From: the human T2T-CHM13v2.0 reference genome, Homo sapiens
Reading direction: 5' to 3' (one strand)
Assembly: GCF_009914755.1 (NCBI RefSeq)
Contig: NC_060936.1
DNA length: 64,000 nt
Shown here: piece after piece, positions 40,306-57,078 of the stretch
How the letters are laid out: each line of letters starts with the position of its first letter
How positions within the stretch are numbered: the first letter of the stretch is position 1
Made by a program: the position numbers and the translations under genes
Notes under the pieces: model-generated
Told to the model about the DNA's origin: nothing
Seen by the model: the letters and a program-made list of their open reading frames with translations, nothing else
The model's database searches: none

Positions 40306-40314
40306 CCTAGCTCA
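40231..40314 (+). mobile_element. Ultra-short orphan retro-insertion (19-nt body plus A-tail) in a MIR
   Basis: TSD AAAAGCCTAGCTCA at 40231-44 and 40301-14. Body TATGATTCAAGAGACATGC. Pure A run 40264-40304. TTT|AAAA junction. Confidence 0.85.
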
Positions 40315-40499
40315 CAATTATCTGGCTAGCAACTGGCCAAACTGGGATTCTGATCCCAGGAAGTTTGGCTGTGTACAGAATCTGTACTTGTTGCTGGTAA
40401 CCTCTGGCAGATGCTAGAGAGCCAACCTACTTAAAAAAAAAAGTCAAAAAGGAAGAGTAAAACATTTGTCCTGTGTTTACATATATAAACTATACCTCA

Positions 40500-41830
<1,331 letters not shown>

Positions 41831-41990
41831 TTATTATTTAAATAGACATTTAAAGATGTGCAGTTAAAGCACACCTAATTTGACTCCTAGAACTCTGGGG
41901 CACTACTCGTGAGTTTCTTCAACCACTTAACTGAGACTGTAATCTCAACATCCTCATTTTATAAAATATGTTGAATTATGTTGCATGTGA

Positions 41991-42761
<771 letters not shown>

Positions 42762-44012
42762 TTAATGGTAGTGATAACAGATTATTATATGAAATAGAAA
42801 GAAACTCTAAATCCCTTTCTATAGCCCCATGATGAAGAGAGTCCTACTCAGAAACAATTGACAAATTCATGCAAACTTCTAGAGGGTTATTGTCACTGCT
42901 CATCTCTTCTTGCTTTCATCTTTAGTTGACTTCTCTATTGCATTCCCCATATGGCTTTTCAGAATCTTACCTACTTTTTCTCACCCCTTCATATCTCTTC
43001 TAAAGACATGCAACATACAAAATCAACCCAAACTTTCTCATTTTCTCTTCTCTACCCTTCAAAAAGTCTCTGTGACAATGTATTTATTTTTTCCTTCACT
43101 TATTTACTCACTCACTCAACACATGTTTATTGAACACTTAACTTTTGTCAGAACTGGACTGGGTGCTGAGGATATGACAGTGAAAAGACAGACTCAGCTC
43201 CTTCCCTCTGGAGGCCTGGAGGCCATTAGAACACGTCTCGGAGTCCTCGCCATCCTGTCATTCTTTTCTCCTCTATCTTCCTTTCAAAGACTAGTGGCTC
43301 TCACCTTCCCTTGGAACTTGCAAACATTAGTCTAGCTAAGCAAAAAGCAAAAACAAAAACAGTTAAATTTGTCTGGGTTCATCATGGTTCTGCCATTTAG
43401 TAGTTTTATGACTTTGGGCAAGTTAAGAACCCTGTCTCAACCTATACCCTGATCTGCGAAGAATCATAACACCTAACTCATAGTGCAGTGGGAAGATGAG
43501 AGATAAATGTAGTACAAAACTGAATAAAGTGCCTGGCATTTGGTAGCCATTAGATAAATAGTAGCTGTCATTATCATTATCACACCATCAATTTCCCCAC
43601 CCTCACACATATCTTTAATGTTTCTTTCCCAGTTGTTCTTATCCTCCTTACTATAAGGACAAGGCCACATCACACAAACCTGCCCAAAAGATCTTGGGAG
43701 TCACACAGGAAACTCTCTCCTCAGCTCCCGGGTAACCCCAATTTACATCCAAAGAAAGGTGTTTCCTTCCTGAACCATTATCAGAATCGCACCTTTTTTC
43801 ATCTCTATTTCTCTCTTGAATATGTTTTTCTGTGTCTCTCATTCAAAGGAGATTCTGATGACCAAGGTATATACACAGGAACTCTGGGGGCCTACGGACC
43901 TCAAAGAAGAAAACCATATTATATCTGGCTCTCACTGTACTGGTGATCACACTTGTCCCTTTGTGGTTACATTGGTGATAATGATCTGCATATAAAATAC
44001 AGGGCCTTTAAC

Positions 44013-44520
44013 TTTCTTTTTTCTTTCTTTTTGTTTTGTTTTAGAGACAGGGTCTCCCTGTGTTGCCCAAGCTGGAGTGCAATGGTGCGATCCTAGCTCA
44101 CTGCAGCCTAGAACTCCTGAGCTCAAGCGACCCTCCTGCCTCAGCCTCCTGAGTAGCTAGGACTACACAGACATACCACCACACTCTGCTGACTTTATTG
44201 TGTAGAGATGGAGCAACTTGCTATGTTTTCCAGGCTGGTCTGGGACTCCTGGCCTCAAGCCATCTCCCTGCCTCCACTTCCCGAAGTTCTGGGATCACAA
44301 GTGTGAGCCCCTGCACCTGGCTTAACTTTCAAGAAAGTGTTTCTTTCCTCCCTTCCTTCCTTCATTCAGATGGGGTCTCACTCTGTTGCCCAGGCTAGAG
44401 TGCAGTGGCACTATTACAGCTCGCTGAAGCCTCAACTCCCCAGGCTCAAGCAATCCTCCCACCTCAGCCTCCTGAGTGAGTAGCTGAGGCTGCACGTGTG
44501 TGCCACAACAACCAGCTAAT
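44013..44520 (-). mobile_element. AluJ (44013-44321) and Alu right-arm monomer (44345-44520)
   Basis: Alu consensus. Confidence 0.8.
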
Positions 44521-45266
44521 AAGAAAGCGTTTCCAACTGTTTTTTTGTCTTCCACTCATGCCTTGCAGGAGATCCATAGAATTCCTCTTACTAATGTCAC
44601 TTAAGAGTGAGAAATATAAGTCCCGGAGAGGTTAAACAACTTGCCTAAGAACAGGGAGGATGATAGTAGCAGAAGGAGTTGCTCCATTCTTTCTGGAATC
44701 CATTAACCAAAAGAAAATCCATGTTCTTTAATCATGTCACATAACAAGGAGTTTGTTGCCCATAGATAAGAGGGAGAAAGGTGGTAAACATAACAGGACA
44801 AATATTTAAAATGGCAGAAGAAAAATTAGGGTTTTAGAAACAAGAAGAAAAGGGCTAAATCGGCATTTTAAAAATAAATGGTCTTAGACTGCTGCACCAA
44901 ACATGGTTGTCTTCTTTATGAGAGCTATATGATCTGCTTAGAAATTCTCTAAAACTTCATTCATTCCTTCGTCACTGGTTACTCCCATATTGGGTGCCAC
45001 GCACTGGTGCTCCACAAGGATACAATAAAGAAGGAAGAAAGAGTCCACCACATTCTCAGTGGTTCCCTATCACTGAAATTTCATTATAAATGCAAGTGGC
45101 TCTAAGTCAACCTGCAGTGCTTCTGTGTAGGATTGTTATAAATGACCTCAATTCCATCAATTCCATCATGCTTGGGGCTGAAGTACATCCTCGGCAGCAG
45201 GGTCCTAATCTGTTTCTCAGTTTGGCTACTTCTTGTCCCAGAATCCTGACCCCATCGTGGTATTCA

Positions 45267-45617
<351 letters not shown>

Positions 45618-46750
45618 GAGGTTATAGCTGAGACTTGATGCTTCTGGAGAGCGCAGTGTAGGGACAACCCTCCCCTGGTATATACGTTGAGCCCCTGAGT
45701 TATATAGAATCTGAGGCGCTCCTAGGGAGAAAAAATCTGAACCACATACATCTGAGGGGACTAGACATGTATGCTTGTGTTCAAATCATGCCAGGTGGTT
45801 CCAAAGCAGCCAGATTACAGGAAGAATGATGGGGATGACCATGGAAGAATTCTGCACGAGGGAGGAAGGTCTTGCCTTGGGAGCTAGGGATGACAGTGGT
45901 TTCAGGAATCATAAGGAAACAACTGGAAGTCAATCTTACTGACACTGAAGTACAGCAGGCCTTTACTTCCAACAGCAACATCATATGGTAGGATTCCAAC
46001 TGCATGAGCAGACATTAATTTTGGTTAAAGCATCTGGCCATTGAGAATAATATTCTAGCTCAATGGCACCACTGTAGTCCTGTTAGGTGAGACAGAGTGC
46101 AGTTGGGAAGTAAGCAATAAGCAGGGCTGATCCATGGACACATGTGGGATCAACTGGCGAGTCCCAGAAATTGCTAAGGAGGGAAGCATTGTCTCACCAG
46201 CTCAGTCCACACACCCCTACCTTTAGGCCTTCTCTGTTACTATAGCATATTTAAAAAATCATAAATCCAGTTCCGAAAGAATTGATGAATAATGTTAAAG
46301 TCTCTGAAGGAGGGAGCCACAATAAATGGCACTCTTCTTGCTCACTTGCATCCTGAACAAGTTGAAGAAATAAAACAAAGGTAGAGCAAATGGGGATCAC
46401 CTTTGTTACCGGCAGAGGCCAGGCTAGAAGACTAGGTTTTAGGTCTGGTGGTCAAGTGGGCTAAAATCAGACAGACTTGCCCATAGTCAGGCATTTGCTA
46501 GGCTAGAGCAGGCCTGCCCAGGCAAGACTTGCAATACAGAGAGATACTGTGCATTCTTGGAATGCCCACTCCTAATAGGAAGCAGCAAAGCTGACCCAAC
46601 ATGCTCAGCGATTCTTCCAAAATTACCATCCAATTACTCACTCCAGAGCCCTAGGGGTGGGATGAATAAAAGGGCTAAGGGAAACAAAACATGTGCTTGG
46701 AGAACTCCCTCGTTATAGAAACCAGGAGAGGAAAAAAGGTACGTCTCCTC

Positions 46751-47220
46751 TGTATTGATCAGGGTCCCATCAGGTTATTAAATAGAAGATATTAAATACG
46801 AAGAATTAATTATAAAGGTGTTAGAGGAGCTAAAATAGTCACTAGGGTAGATGAGGCATCCCAAAGATTAGCAAGTGGGAAGCCACCACCCACCCTTAAG
46901 ACTGGAGAGACAAAGGAAGGATCTGGGGGTCCCTTGATAGACACTAGCATTATAACAGAAATATTCAGGCAAGAGCTGGAGCCACAGAGGAGGGCAGCTA
47001 CTGCCAGATATGCCTCCCATGGCAGAAAAAGAGGACAAGAAATACTTTGGCTTCCCCTTTCCTCCCAACCTCCAATCTCCAACAGTACCTCTCACTGGTT
47101 AAGTGAGGCTAAAACAGGTGGTCAAGAGAGCCTGGGTATCATAGCTTGCAACAGTCAGACATACAGAGCAGACACAAAGGATGGATCTGGAGGCAAACAG
47201 TCAAATAACCAGCACAACAT
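46751..47220. mobile_element. Old ERVL-class LTR (LTR33/LTR41-like), degenerate
   Basis: Starts tgtattgatcagggtcc, has ggaagccaccacc..ggaagga block, ends ..cacaaca. Family recalled, weak. Confidence 0.4.
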
Positions 47221-47351
47221 TTAACCAGGCAGAGTTTTGTTGCAATTTTGTTTGTAGACGAAAGAGAAATTTACATATCATACACCCAAACCTTTCTAAA
47301 TGTCTCATCACCACTTTTTGAAATTTCTCTCCTGCAGCAGCTGCTATGTCG

Positions 47352-47639
47352 TTTTGTTTGTTTGTTTTATTTTTTTGCGATGGAGTTTCACTCTTGTCGC
47401 CCAAGCTGGAGTGCAGTGGCGCAATCTTGGCTCACTGCAACCTCTTCCTGTCTCAGCCTCCCAAGTAGCTGGGTTTACAGGCGCCCGCCGCCACGCCCAG
47501 CTAGTTTTTTTGTATTTTTAGTAGATACGGGGTTTCACCATGTTGGCCAGGCTGGTCTCGGACTGCTGATCTCAGGTGATCCACCTGCCTTGGCCTCGCA
47601 AAGTGCTGGGATTACAGTCATGAGCTACCGTGCCTGGCC
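47352..47639 (-). mobile_element. AluS with internal deletion
   Basis: TSD AGCAGCTGCTATGTC. Confidence 0.9.
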
Positions 47640-48700
47640 AGCAGCTGCTATGTCTTGCTCCATCTTTCTTCCCCACCTCAGCTCTGTCTCCATTCCACTG
47701 GCTCTCTTCTGCTCCCACCATTCTCTGAATCCCCTCAACAAAAGCCTTGTCCAAAAGCCTGGGGAACTACAGTTTACTCCCTCCTCACCCTCTCTATCAA
47801 CAATGACTCTCCTAGGGACTCCCTCGGTGACCACTCAGAGCTTTGAGATTAGGTAAACAGTGTTAATATGACCAACTTGGAACTTGCAGCTTAGTCAAGC
47901 CTGAGACAGTCAAGTTACCCAGATAAGGATAGACCATGCACCTACTTAAAATAACAGCATCAACAGGAGTTCTTCTGCTTCCCTTCCTGTTTCAAATTAT
48001 AGCAATTGACCACTTAGTTACATTGGTTAATGCCCAAGACAAAAATGCAGCCCATCTCTTCCCCACCTGGCCTGCATATATGTTCATTTTGCATTTAGCA
48101 GAACTGAAAGGACTTCTTTCTGTTTTATTTTCTTGTAACCACAGAATTTAAATATCTACTGTTTTGTTTGTGGGCTCACAAAGAGGGTGAAAATCATTGC
48201 TATTTTATTTCAAACAAAATAAAAGATTACAGTCTTCCAATTAGAATAGGACTTAAAACATAGTAAGAATTTAAAAGCCATGTGCTGATTCATGGGAAAA
48301 CATTAAGACACAGATGGGTTACACGATTTACTCAAGGTCATACCACTGATGCAATGACTTTATTATCAGAACTATAAAGAACAACACAAATATTTACATG
48401 ATTAATATTTTGTTGATAGTAATGGGGCTAGAATTAGAATATGGATTTTACGCTGCTCCAATCCCTGTCTGCTAACTCTGTTAGACTGTGTTTCCTACAC
48501 ACTGGAATTGCAGGATAGTTGCTGGATGTTCAGGCTGTGTGGTCGTGTAGGCATGGGTACAAATCCCAGCTCTGCCACCTGTTAGCTACGTGACCTTGGA
48601 CCAGCCCCTTAACATCCCTTAGTTTTGTTTTTGGATCTAAAAAATGGGGTATGTACCTTCCGCACTAAGAGGGATAAGGGTTCAGTGAGATGATGTATGT

Positions 48701-49062
48701 TGTTGGGGAGGAAAAATTTTTCCTCTACTCTCTTCTTTTGCTGGGGGCGTGCAAATTAACCTAACAAAAGACAGACTAACAAAAGAGCAGACACAAAATT
48801 TTTATTAATATTTACATGCACAGGAGTTCACAAAAAAGGAGTGAAACTCAAAGAAGTGGTTAGACTCTGGTGATGGGTTGTTCTTCCCTTACTGGCACAG
48901 AGGAAACACCTTCACAAAGGCAAATTTGTGCCCTGCTTTTAGTCAGATAAGGGGAGAGGAAAGAACTCTTTCTGCATCTGTTGATTCTCAATTGCTTCCA
49001 GCTGAAAATAATCCTTACACTAAAGTGGCATATTTTGGGGTGGCATATTCTGATCCCCTTCC
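48701..49062 (-). mobile_element. MER34-family solo LTR (internally deleted) inserted in a MIR
   Basis: Close similarity to the ends of 11525-12622. 4-bp TSD ATGT. MIR continues on both sides. Confidence 0.75.
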
Positions 49063-49273
49063 ATGTAAAGTGCCTCAGCACCAGGTCTGATTAAAGTTAA
49101 GTGCTAAATAGCCCACTATCATTAGAAAAGTCTGTGTCCCCACCTTGTAGTAATAAAGCTCAGACACAACAGGATGTCATAGGAAGGGAATGAGGCATGT
49201 TTTTCTTTTCTCCAGTTTTTCTGCCTGGGCTTCCCTGCAAGTAAGATTATCTACATTTAAAACATATTTGATC

Positions 49274-49582
49274 GGCCAGGCGCGGTGGCTCACGCCTGTA
49301 ATCCCAGCACTTTGGGAGGCCCAGGCGGGCAGATCACGAGGTCAGGAGATCGAGAATATCCTGGCTAACACAGTGAAACCCCATTTCTACTAAAAATACA
49401 AAAACAAAATTAGCCAAGCGTGGTGGCGGGTGCCTGTAGTCCCAGCTACTCGGGAGGCTGAGGAGGGAGAATGGCGTGAACCCGGGAGGCAGAGCTTGCA
49501 ATGAGCCAAGATCACGCACTGCACTCCAGCCTGGGCGACAGAGCGAGACTCTGTCTCAAACAAACAAACAAACAAAACAAAA
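49274..49582 (+). mobile_element. AluY
   Basis: AluY diagnostics. TSD AAAACATATTTGAT. Confidence 0.92.
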
Positions 49583-52500
49583 CATATTTGATTCACCTTA
49601 AATGGCTACTCATATCTGTCCTTTCCTCTGCAATGCTCTGCCTTGATCCTGGTCCAGGTTTATCTGGCATAGACTGCCCTCTGTCCAGCTCCTGTCTACC
49701 CCTCCTGGATCACAAACCAGAGAAAATGCAGAATCTTTCATGGGCTCCCTACTGCCTTCAGTGTGAAGCTCAAGTGCAAAGCCCAGCACCATCTATTCTG
49801 TACCTAACTTCTTAGTCTGAATCTCTTCACCTCTTTTCCCCAACCCCGAACTAATGGCTACCACTGACTCAGGGGAGCCTTCTCCTGCCTTCATGCCTTT
49901 GAATGGGGGGTATCGCTGCATGAAGCTCCTCTCTCCCCTTTACCCACTCAAGAGTCACTTACTCTTGGTAATATTTCTCAGTTGCCCTGCTTCACCCCTA
50001 TTCTCTCATCCTGGCCAAGTTAGATGCCCTTCTGAGTCCCCTCTTCTCTACAGAATTTTAATTGTGCATTTTCTTCTTTGTCTCTGCCTTTAAGTTATGA
50101 ACACTTTGAAGAAAGGACCATATTTAGTTCATCTCAGAATCCCAGTGCCCAGCACAGACCTGGCATAGGGTAGGCACTCCTTAAATACTTACTGAATGAA
50201 TTATGCCATTTAGTCTGTCTGTGGTGGCACTGGAAACCCACAAGAATTTAACAGCCTCGTCTCTGTCTGAAGTTCAGGGCTTCTGTAAAGAATACGTGAT
50301 GGAAAAAGGAGGTGACTAATAGTGATTCTGCAAAAATATGTAGGTAAAAGGAATGGCTGTAAATTAATGATGAAATAACCTTCCTAAGTTTCCTTGTGGA
50401 AGATATATGTTAATTCCCCAAATGTATGAGCATCTGTGTATTTTTGTGGGGAATATACAGTGTCTTTTCTAACACTGAGATGCTTGAAATGGGGTTATTT
50501 CCCTTCCAAATGAAAACCAATTAAATAAATTATATTTTTTCTGTGGTGCTTACAAAGTGTGGGAGTTGTCACCAAACATTACTAAATGTTCTAATTTAGT
50601 CATAAAAGGGCTGAAAGATGTAGCATAATTATAAGTCCAAAGTAAGTTGTTCTAAATATTTTATCATGTTCAGCATATGCTGTTAAAAAAAACCTCAGAC
50701 TATAATTGTCAACATTCGATTCACAAAAAGTAAACAACAGCTGAGTATAATGGGATGATAAAGAATCTCTCCATAATTCCCGACATATGGCAAAGAGTAT
50801 GTCCATTTTGAAGTGGAAGATGGTCATGTTTATCAACTGAGCCATTTTCTTTGTTTGAATCCTTCTAATCAGAAAAGTTCCCTAGAAACACTAGGAGCAT
50901 TTTCCTGAGCAGATGAGGGAAATGAAAAAAAGCTGTATGGCACAGTTAGATCTCAGGCAGGAGGAATTTAGAACTCACAATGGCAATTGAAAGAGGCTGG
51001 GTAAAGAAGGCCATATATTTCTGTAAAAGCAGTCATTCCAGGGTTAGTATACATGAAAAACAAGTGCGTGCTTCGTGGGGAATGTATGGAGAAATTTCTA
51101 CGTATCAGTCGTTTCTGTGAACAAGCTCTGATGGACCCAGCCAGTGTCACATCCTGCCATCATGTAGATTCATTTTAAATGCACGGACACTTAATCGTTT
51201 CTAGGGAAAGCCAGTGGGAAGCTGCTTGAAATTTCTTTTTCTTTATAAGATGTTTTGCACATGGGGGCTTTCAGCTCAAAGGAGATACTTACAAACCATT
51301 TATCTTCAGAGTGAAGCAGTAGAAGTGGGAGAGGCATCCAGGCACTGTTCTAACCAGATACTTCAAAGCTGCCCAGAAGAGAAAGGCAAAGGCAATTGCC
51401 AAAGAACAGGCTCTGCTCTTTGGCTGGCAGAGATAAGGAGCAGATACCCAGCACTGAGACAGAGGATTCTGTGAAGAAAATGCTGAGTAACAAGATTGTC
51501 CTTTTGTTTTTCTTCATGAATAATAACCGTCCACCCTAAATCCTTTTGGGAATGAACAGGGGGCTTTGGGAGCTGGTATTGAATGAATAAATTAGCAAAT
51601 CATTGAACTAATTAATTAATTAATAACCACACCTAGGCAGAGAGAAATAAACAAGAGTGCTCACTGAGAACTCTTTGAGGAGGAAAGGACCTCTATATGG
51701 TCCAATGTAGTGAAAAATCTAGCAATTTGGAGATAGGACTGCTTTCTGAGCTTCAGTTTCCTGGGAGTGTTGTGAATATGTTTTGCAACTCCAAAATGCC
51801 ATCAAACGTACATCATTCTGCTTGTCTTCTTGATGAGCTGTTTTTAAACATAATAGCGTTAGAATTAATCAGATTAATCTCACTGAACAAAAATAAAGGC
51901 TGCTTTTTCACAGAGCTCTTCATGGTGCCAGCCAGTGTATCTTTCTGTGCACAGTGATTCTTTCTATATAGAGACTCTCTGTTAAGCTCAAAAGGAGCTC
52001 CAAGGAGAAGCCCCATAAAGACAGCACAATCAACAGGTACACATGCTGCTGTTATTCAAGGCTACTCAAAAGAACATAAAACAATTCTGAGAAAAAAAGA
52101 GACTTCAGGGAAAAACTCAAGGTTCAGTGTATGACTTCTTGGTGGAAAAGATGGCATCACTGTTGCCTGAGACACAGCAAGATAAGAGTGAGGATTCTGG
52201 AGGGAAAACATCCCTAATAATGAGAGGAGAGCCTAGGTGGCTGAGCTGTTTGATTGACATCTCTGTCTGTCGAAAGCCATAACATACTCAGGCTGTCTTC
52301 GAGGAGCTGAGAAAAGTGGGGAAGAGAGTGTAAGACTGATCTGCCCTCTGGAATCGCTTTAGACAGGCCGGAGTCACAGGAAGCATGCCAAACCTAGGAC
52401 AGTACAGGAATGATTGCCAAAGGAAACAGAACAGGTCTTTTTTCAAAGAAAAGAAAAGAACAATAGCAGCCGAAGTAGAAGGAAAAGCCTCAGTGTGCCA

Positions 52501-53004
52501 GCAGGTAGACATTCTGACCTCTCTTATTATAAAACACACAATAATTTCTTAAATGTTTAATGATGATGGAAGAAAATTGTGTCTTAAAATGAAATGAAGT
52601 TGGAGAAAGTAGTATGTCTGGGTCCCCACTCCAAGTCCTTTAATCATGAGAAGTAACTGCATTTCATTATAATGTGCACTATGATGCCACCTGATTCGTG
52701 GTGTGGATCCTAAAGGATGATTCTAGTCATTCTCTTTCTTAAACAATTTTTGGTAATTTTGATTCTTTCTCTTTATGATGTTCCTTTTCATCCATTATCT
52801 TCTCTTATGGTACTTACCTAATGATTAAATGTTGAGTTAGGAGACGGTAATTAGATTCCATCTCCCATTTTCCTGGTTTAACTTGACCTTTTTCTTGATG
52901 AGATATTTTCTTCCATTGGGTATTGGCATTTCGATGCCCCCTAGGCAAGCTATTTTGGATTTCTCCTTGCTGCAGAACTTGAAGGGTTTCAATGTGAAAA
53001 ATAA

Positions 53005-53412
<408 letters not shown>

Positions 53413-53593
53413 TGACAAGTGCTTCCAAAGAATATAAATGCTATTTTAGGCTTAGGTTTCTACATTGTCTAAGTTTCCATTACTTAAAGGAGAGACTTTC
53501 TTGCAGAAGGTATATTACTTCATACACAAGTTGGGATTTATACTGACTTTCCTAACATATGTATCTGGGAGAAACATTTGTGTGCAGTAGAAA

Positions 53594-54082
53594 TGAAACC
53601 AGTCTAATTTTCCCATAGAACTGATGTTTTCAGTCTTTTAAAATAAACATAGAAATTGACCCTCCTGGTCTTAAAGCTTGAAACTTACAATCTGAGTTCC
53701 TTTCTCAGGAAATCATCATCAGGCCTTCTCAGATAGTATCAAGGAACTGAAACTCACCAGATCACTGCATCCAGACAATGAGATGCCAGATCCCTCACCC
53801 ATCATGATTCCCAAACTGACTGCGTGCTTCCTATTGACCATCACCTCTTCCTTACTCCTCCCTGATTTCTGTTTTCCTGCTCATAGTTACATTCCTTCCC
53901 TGATATATAAATCCCCAACTTTAGTCAGTTGGAGAGACGGATTTGAGACTTATTTCCCATCTCCCTGGCTCACGTCACCTAAATAAAACCTTTCTTCCCT
54001 GGCAATACTCATTGTATCAGTGATTGGCTTTCTGTGTAGCGAGCAATGGGACATAGACTATACCCCTGACATTTTGGTGGCA
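53594..54082 (+). mobile_element. ERV1-class solo LTR (LTR26-like), complete
   Basis: TG...CA termini, 4-bp TSD GAAA (53590-93 and 54083-86), TATATAAA near 53904, AATAAA near 53982. Confidence 0.75.
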
Positions 54083-54127
54083 GAAAGAGTTAATTACTAA
54101 TCAAGTTTTCTCATTGATTTTTCATAA

Positions 54128-55298
54128 TTTTTTTTAATTTTGTTTTTTGTTTTTCGTTTTTTTTTGAGATGGAGTCTCACTCTGTTGCCTAGTACGATCT
54201 CAGTTCACTGTAACCTCTGCTTCCTGGGTTAAAGCAATTCTTCTGCCTCAGCCTCCCTGAGTAGCTGGGATTATAGATGCCCACTACCATGCCTGGCTAA
54301 TTTTTGTATTTTTAGTGGGGATAGGGTTTCACCATATTGGATAGGCTGGTCTCGAACACTTGAGCTCAAGTGATCCACCCTCCTCAACCTCCCAAAGTGC
54401 TAGGATTACAGGCAGGATACAGAGTTCTTGATGGTGTAGTTTGTATTTTTCCAAGGTAGATCTTAAACTGGCAACATAATTACACTTACTCTTGTCTTTT
54501 AGGCTAAAAAATAATTGTCAGTACTTGTGGAATGTCAATATTTCTGTGTTGCTTAATTAGATCATAGAGGATGCTCAGTTTCCTGGAGCATGTTTTCTTT
54601 TTGTTTGGTTTGTTTTGAGAGAAGGAGATTAGCAGGGTACAGAAAGCCAATTCTCTGAGATTACTGGAAAATAAAGCATTTACATAAATAGTTCCAGAAA
54701 GATTTATATGGATCTATTTTCAAAAATTATAGTCTGTAGACTTGCAGGTAAAAAAGCTCCAAGCAGGGAAAATAGGCAGAATTAGTTTCTCAGGAAGAAC
54801 ATGTGTTTGGATGCCTCTTAAATTTATGATTTTAGGATAATCTAATACCACTATAATTATACTACTACTATATATTTTTCTACATGATACTCCGGTTTAG
54901 CTCAGCAAGAGTTACAGATGTTTGCTAATTCCTGAAGCATCTGAAACAGGTATTAAGTCATTCACCTACCGATATTTAATGAGCCCTGTCTAGGAGCAAG
55001 ACATTATGGCAATACGCAGGAGACTTTTTTTTTTTTTTTGGAGACAGAGTCTAATTGTGTCACTTAGGCTTAAGTGCAGTGATGCAGTCTCGGCTTACTG
55101 CAACCTCCACCTCCATCTCCTGAGTAGCTGGGACTATAGGTGTGCATGACAATGCCCAGCTAATTTTTGTATTTTTAGTAGACACAGGGTTTCGTCAGGC
55201 TGCCCAGGCTGGTCACAAACTCCTGGGCTCAAGTGACCCCACCAGCCTCGGCCTCCCAAAGTGCTGGAATTATAGGCGTGAGCCACCATACCCGGCCT
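54128..55298 (-). mobile_element. Two separate antisense Alus (54128-54413 and 55025-55298), both with internal deletions
   Basis: Alu consensus. Second has TSD GCA.GAGACTTTT. Confidence 0.85.
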
Positions 55299-57078
55299 GC
55301 AAGAGACTTTTAGATGAAATCCTAGTTAATCCTAGTTAAGATCTGGTTAATAGAGTTAAGCACTACCACACAATGTTTACTACATTGTTCAAATATACAA
55401 CACACATTTGCAAATCTTAAATAAATGAAACCGGAAATAAACTTACTGTGGGTCACTGTGTACCTCAATTTCGTTGTGTGTAATGCTGTGATCCTTCTAT
55501 CTTTATAGTACCTTTACACACAATGGTGACTCAATAAATGTTTGTTGATGGCAGGCTGAATGAGTGTAGATATGAAGAAAGTAATCCCCACCACCACCCT
55601 GCCCTGAAAAACTGATTGCATTATGGTGCTTCTAATTAACTTTTGGTAGATACTAAATGAAAGGGGACCGAACTCTGACCCAAAGTTCATGTTTACAGCT
55701 TTGAACAGATTGAGTTTCACTCTTGAAGTGTGTGAACACAAAACAGCAGAACCCAGTGAGACAGGAAGCAGACAATTTTAACCATAGCTACTGCCACTGG
55801 AGGGGTGGGGTAGTTTGGGCTTTATTGTGCAAGACAGGAAGTATCCAGAGAGAAGAAGGAAAGGTATGAACTTGTATTGAGTGTTAAGTCTGTGTCAGGC
55901 ATCAGGCCAGCAGCTTATATAAACCATTGTTGGATCACTCTGCCATTCTGAACTGGAGCCATTTAAAGATAAAAAGGACGACTCTTAGAAGTGTTATAGT
56001 TAGATAACTTGCCCAAAAAGTCTCACAGCTCACATTTGGCAGGTTCTGGATTGAAACTCAGACCAGTCTGCTTTGAAGGCCACAGCTTTCCCACTCTGCT
56101 CAGCTGTTTCCATTCTGCCTTTTGTAGTAAGAGGACTGACCATTTGAATTAGGTTCTCTTGGTTTTAAGAATAAGACTTAGGTCACCTCAAGTAATGAAG
56201 AATGTGCTATGTCCATTCCTTTAGAAAAGAGGAGCCAGTGATCTCAGGCTCATGACAAAGTCTCAGGAAACCCAGGAAAAGCAGAACCACCAGCTTTCAG
56301 AAAGGGTAGGAATGTTGTCAGAGCCAGGTCTCAAGGCGACGAATGAGAAAGTTGTTTAGATGCCAAGACAATTCTGGGAGTGCGAGTGTGGGATCTTCTG
56401 GGTCTTCTGGAAGGCCACTCACCATTAACATGACCCACTGACCCTCTGCAAGTTTGTTTTTTGGGGCATCTCTGGTTCTCTTTCATCATTGACTGGCTTT
56501 CCCACCTTTTTCTCACAATCTTTCTCTTAACGCCTATCCGCCCCTTGATTGTGCTCCCTCTCTACTTTAAGTGACTTATGACCCCTCATGGTCTCCACTC
56601 TTCTTCAAGGCTTCTTTCTTTTGCAGTATCTCAACAACTCTCAGTATATACTGCTCCATTTTCTCAGTGTTTCTTAATTCTAGTTCCTGAGAATTAGACT
56701 GCTGAAGCCAGCTTTACCTTGTTTGGAAAGGCTTTTCATGCTGGAATATCTCATGGGCTTCTAACAAGCCTAGAGGTCTGGGCTGCCCTGAGTTAGGGGT
56801 CCAGCCAGGTTTAGTCACCCCAGGAAAGTTGTGGGTGCACCTAGTTCCTTTAGAAGTGGCTAGGGACTGGGAAGGCACAGTGACTGACATACTGGTAGTG
56901 ATGGATGAGAATGAAAATTGATCTCCCATCAACATCAGGTCAGCAGCAGAAAGGGGAGGTCACAAAATGGTAGTGGCACAAGCTGGCACTGCATAGAGTG
57001 GGAGGAAGATGGCACTAGGAAGAAATGCAAATATTTTTAGTCAAGAATTGGGAGTGACTGGGGAAGGAGCTACAGACC

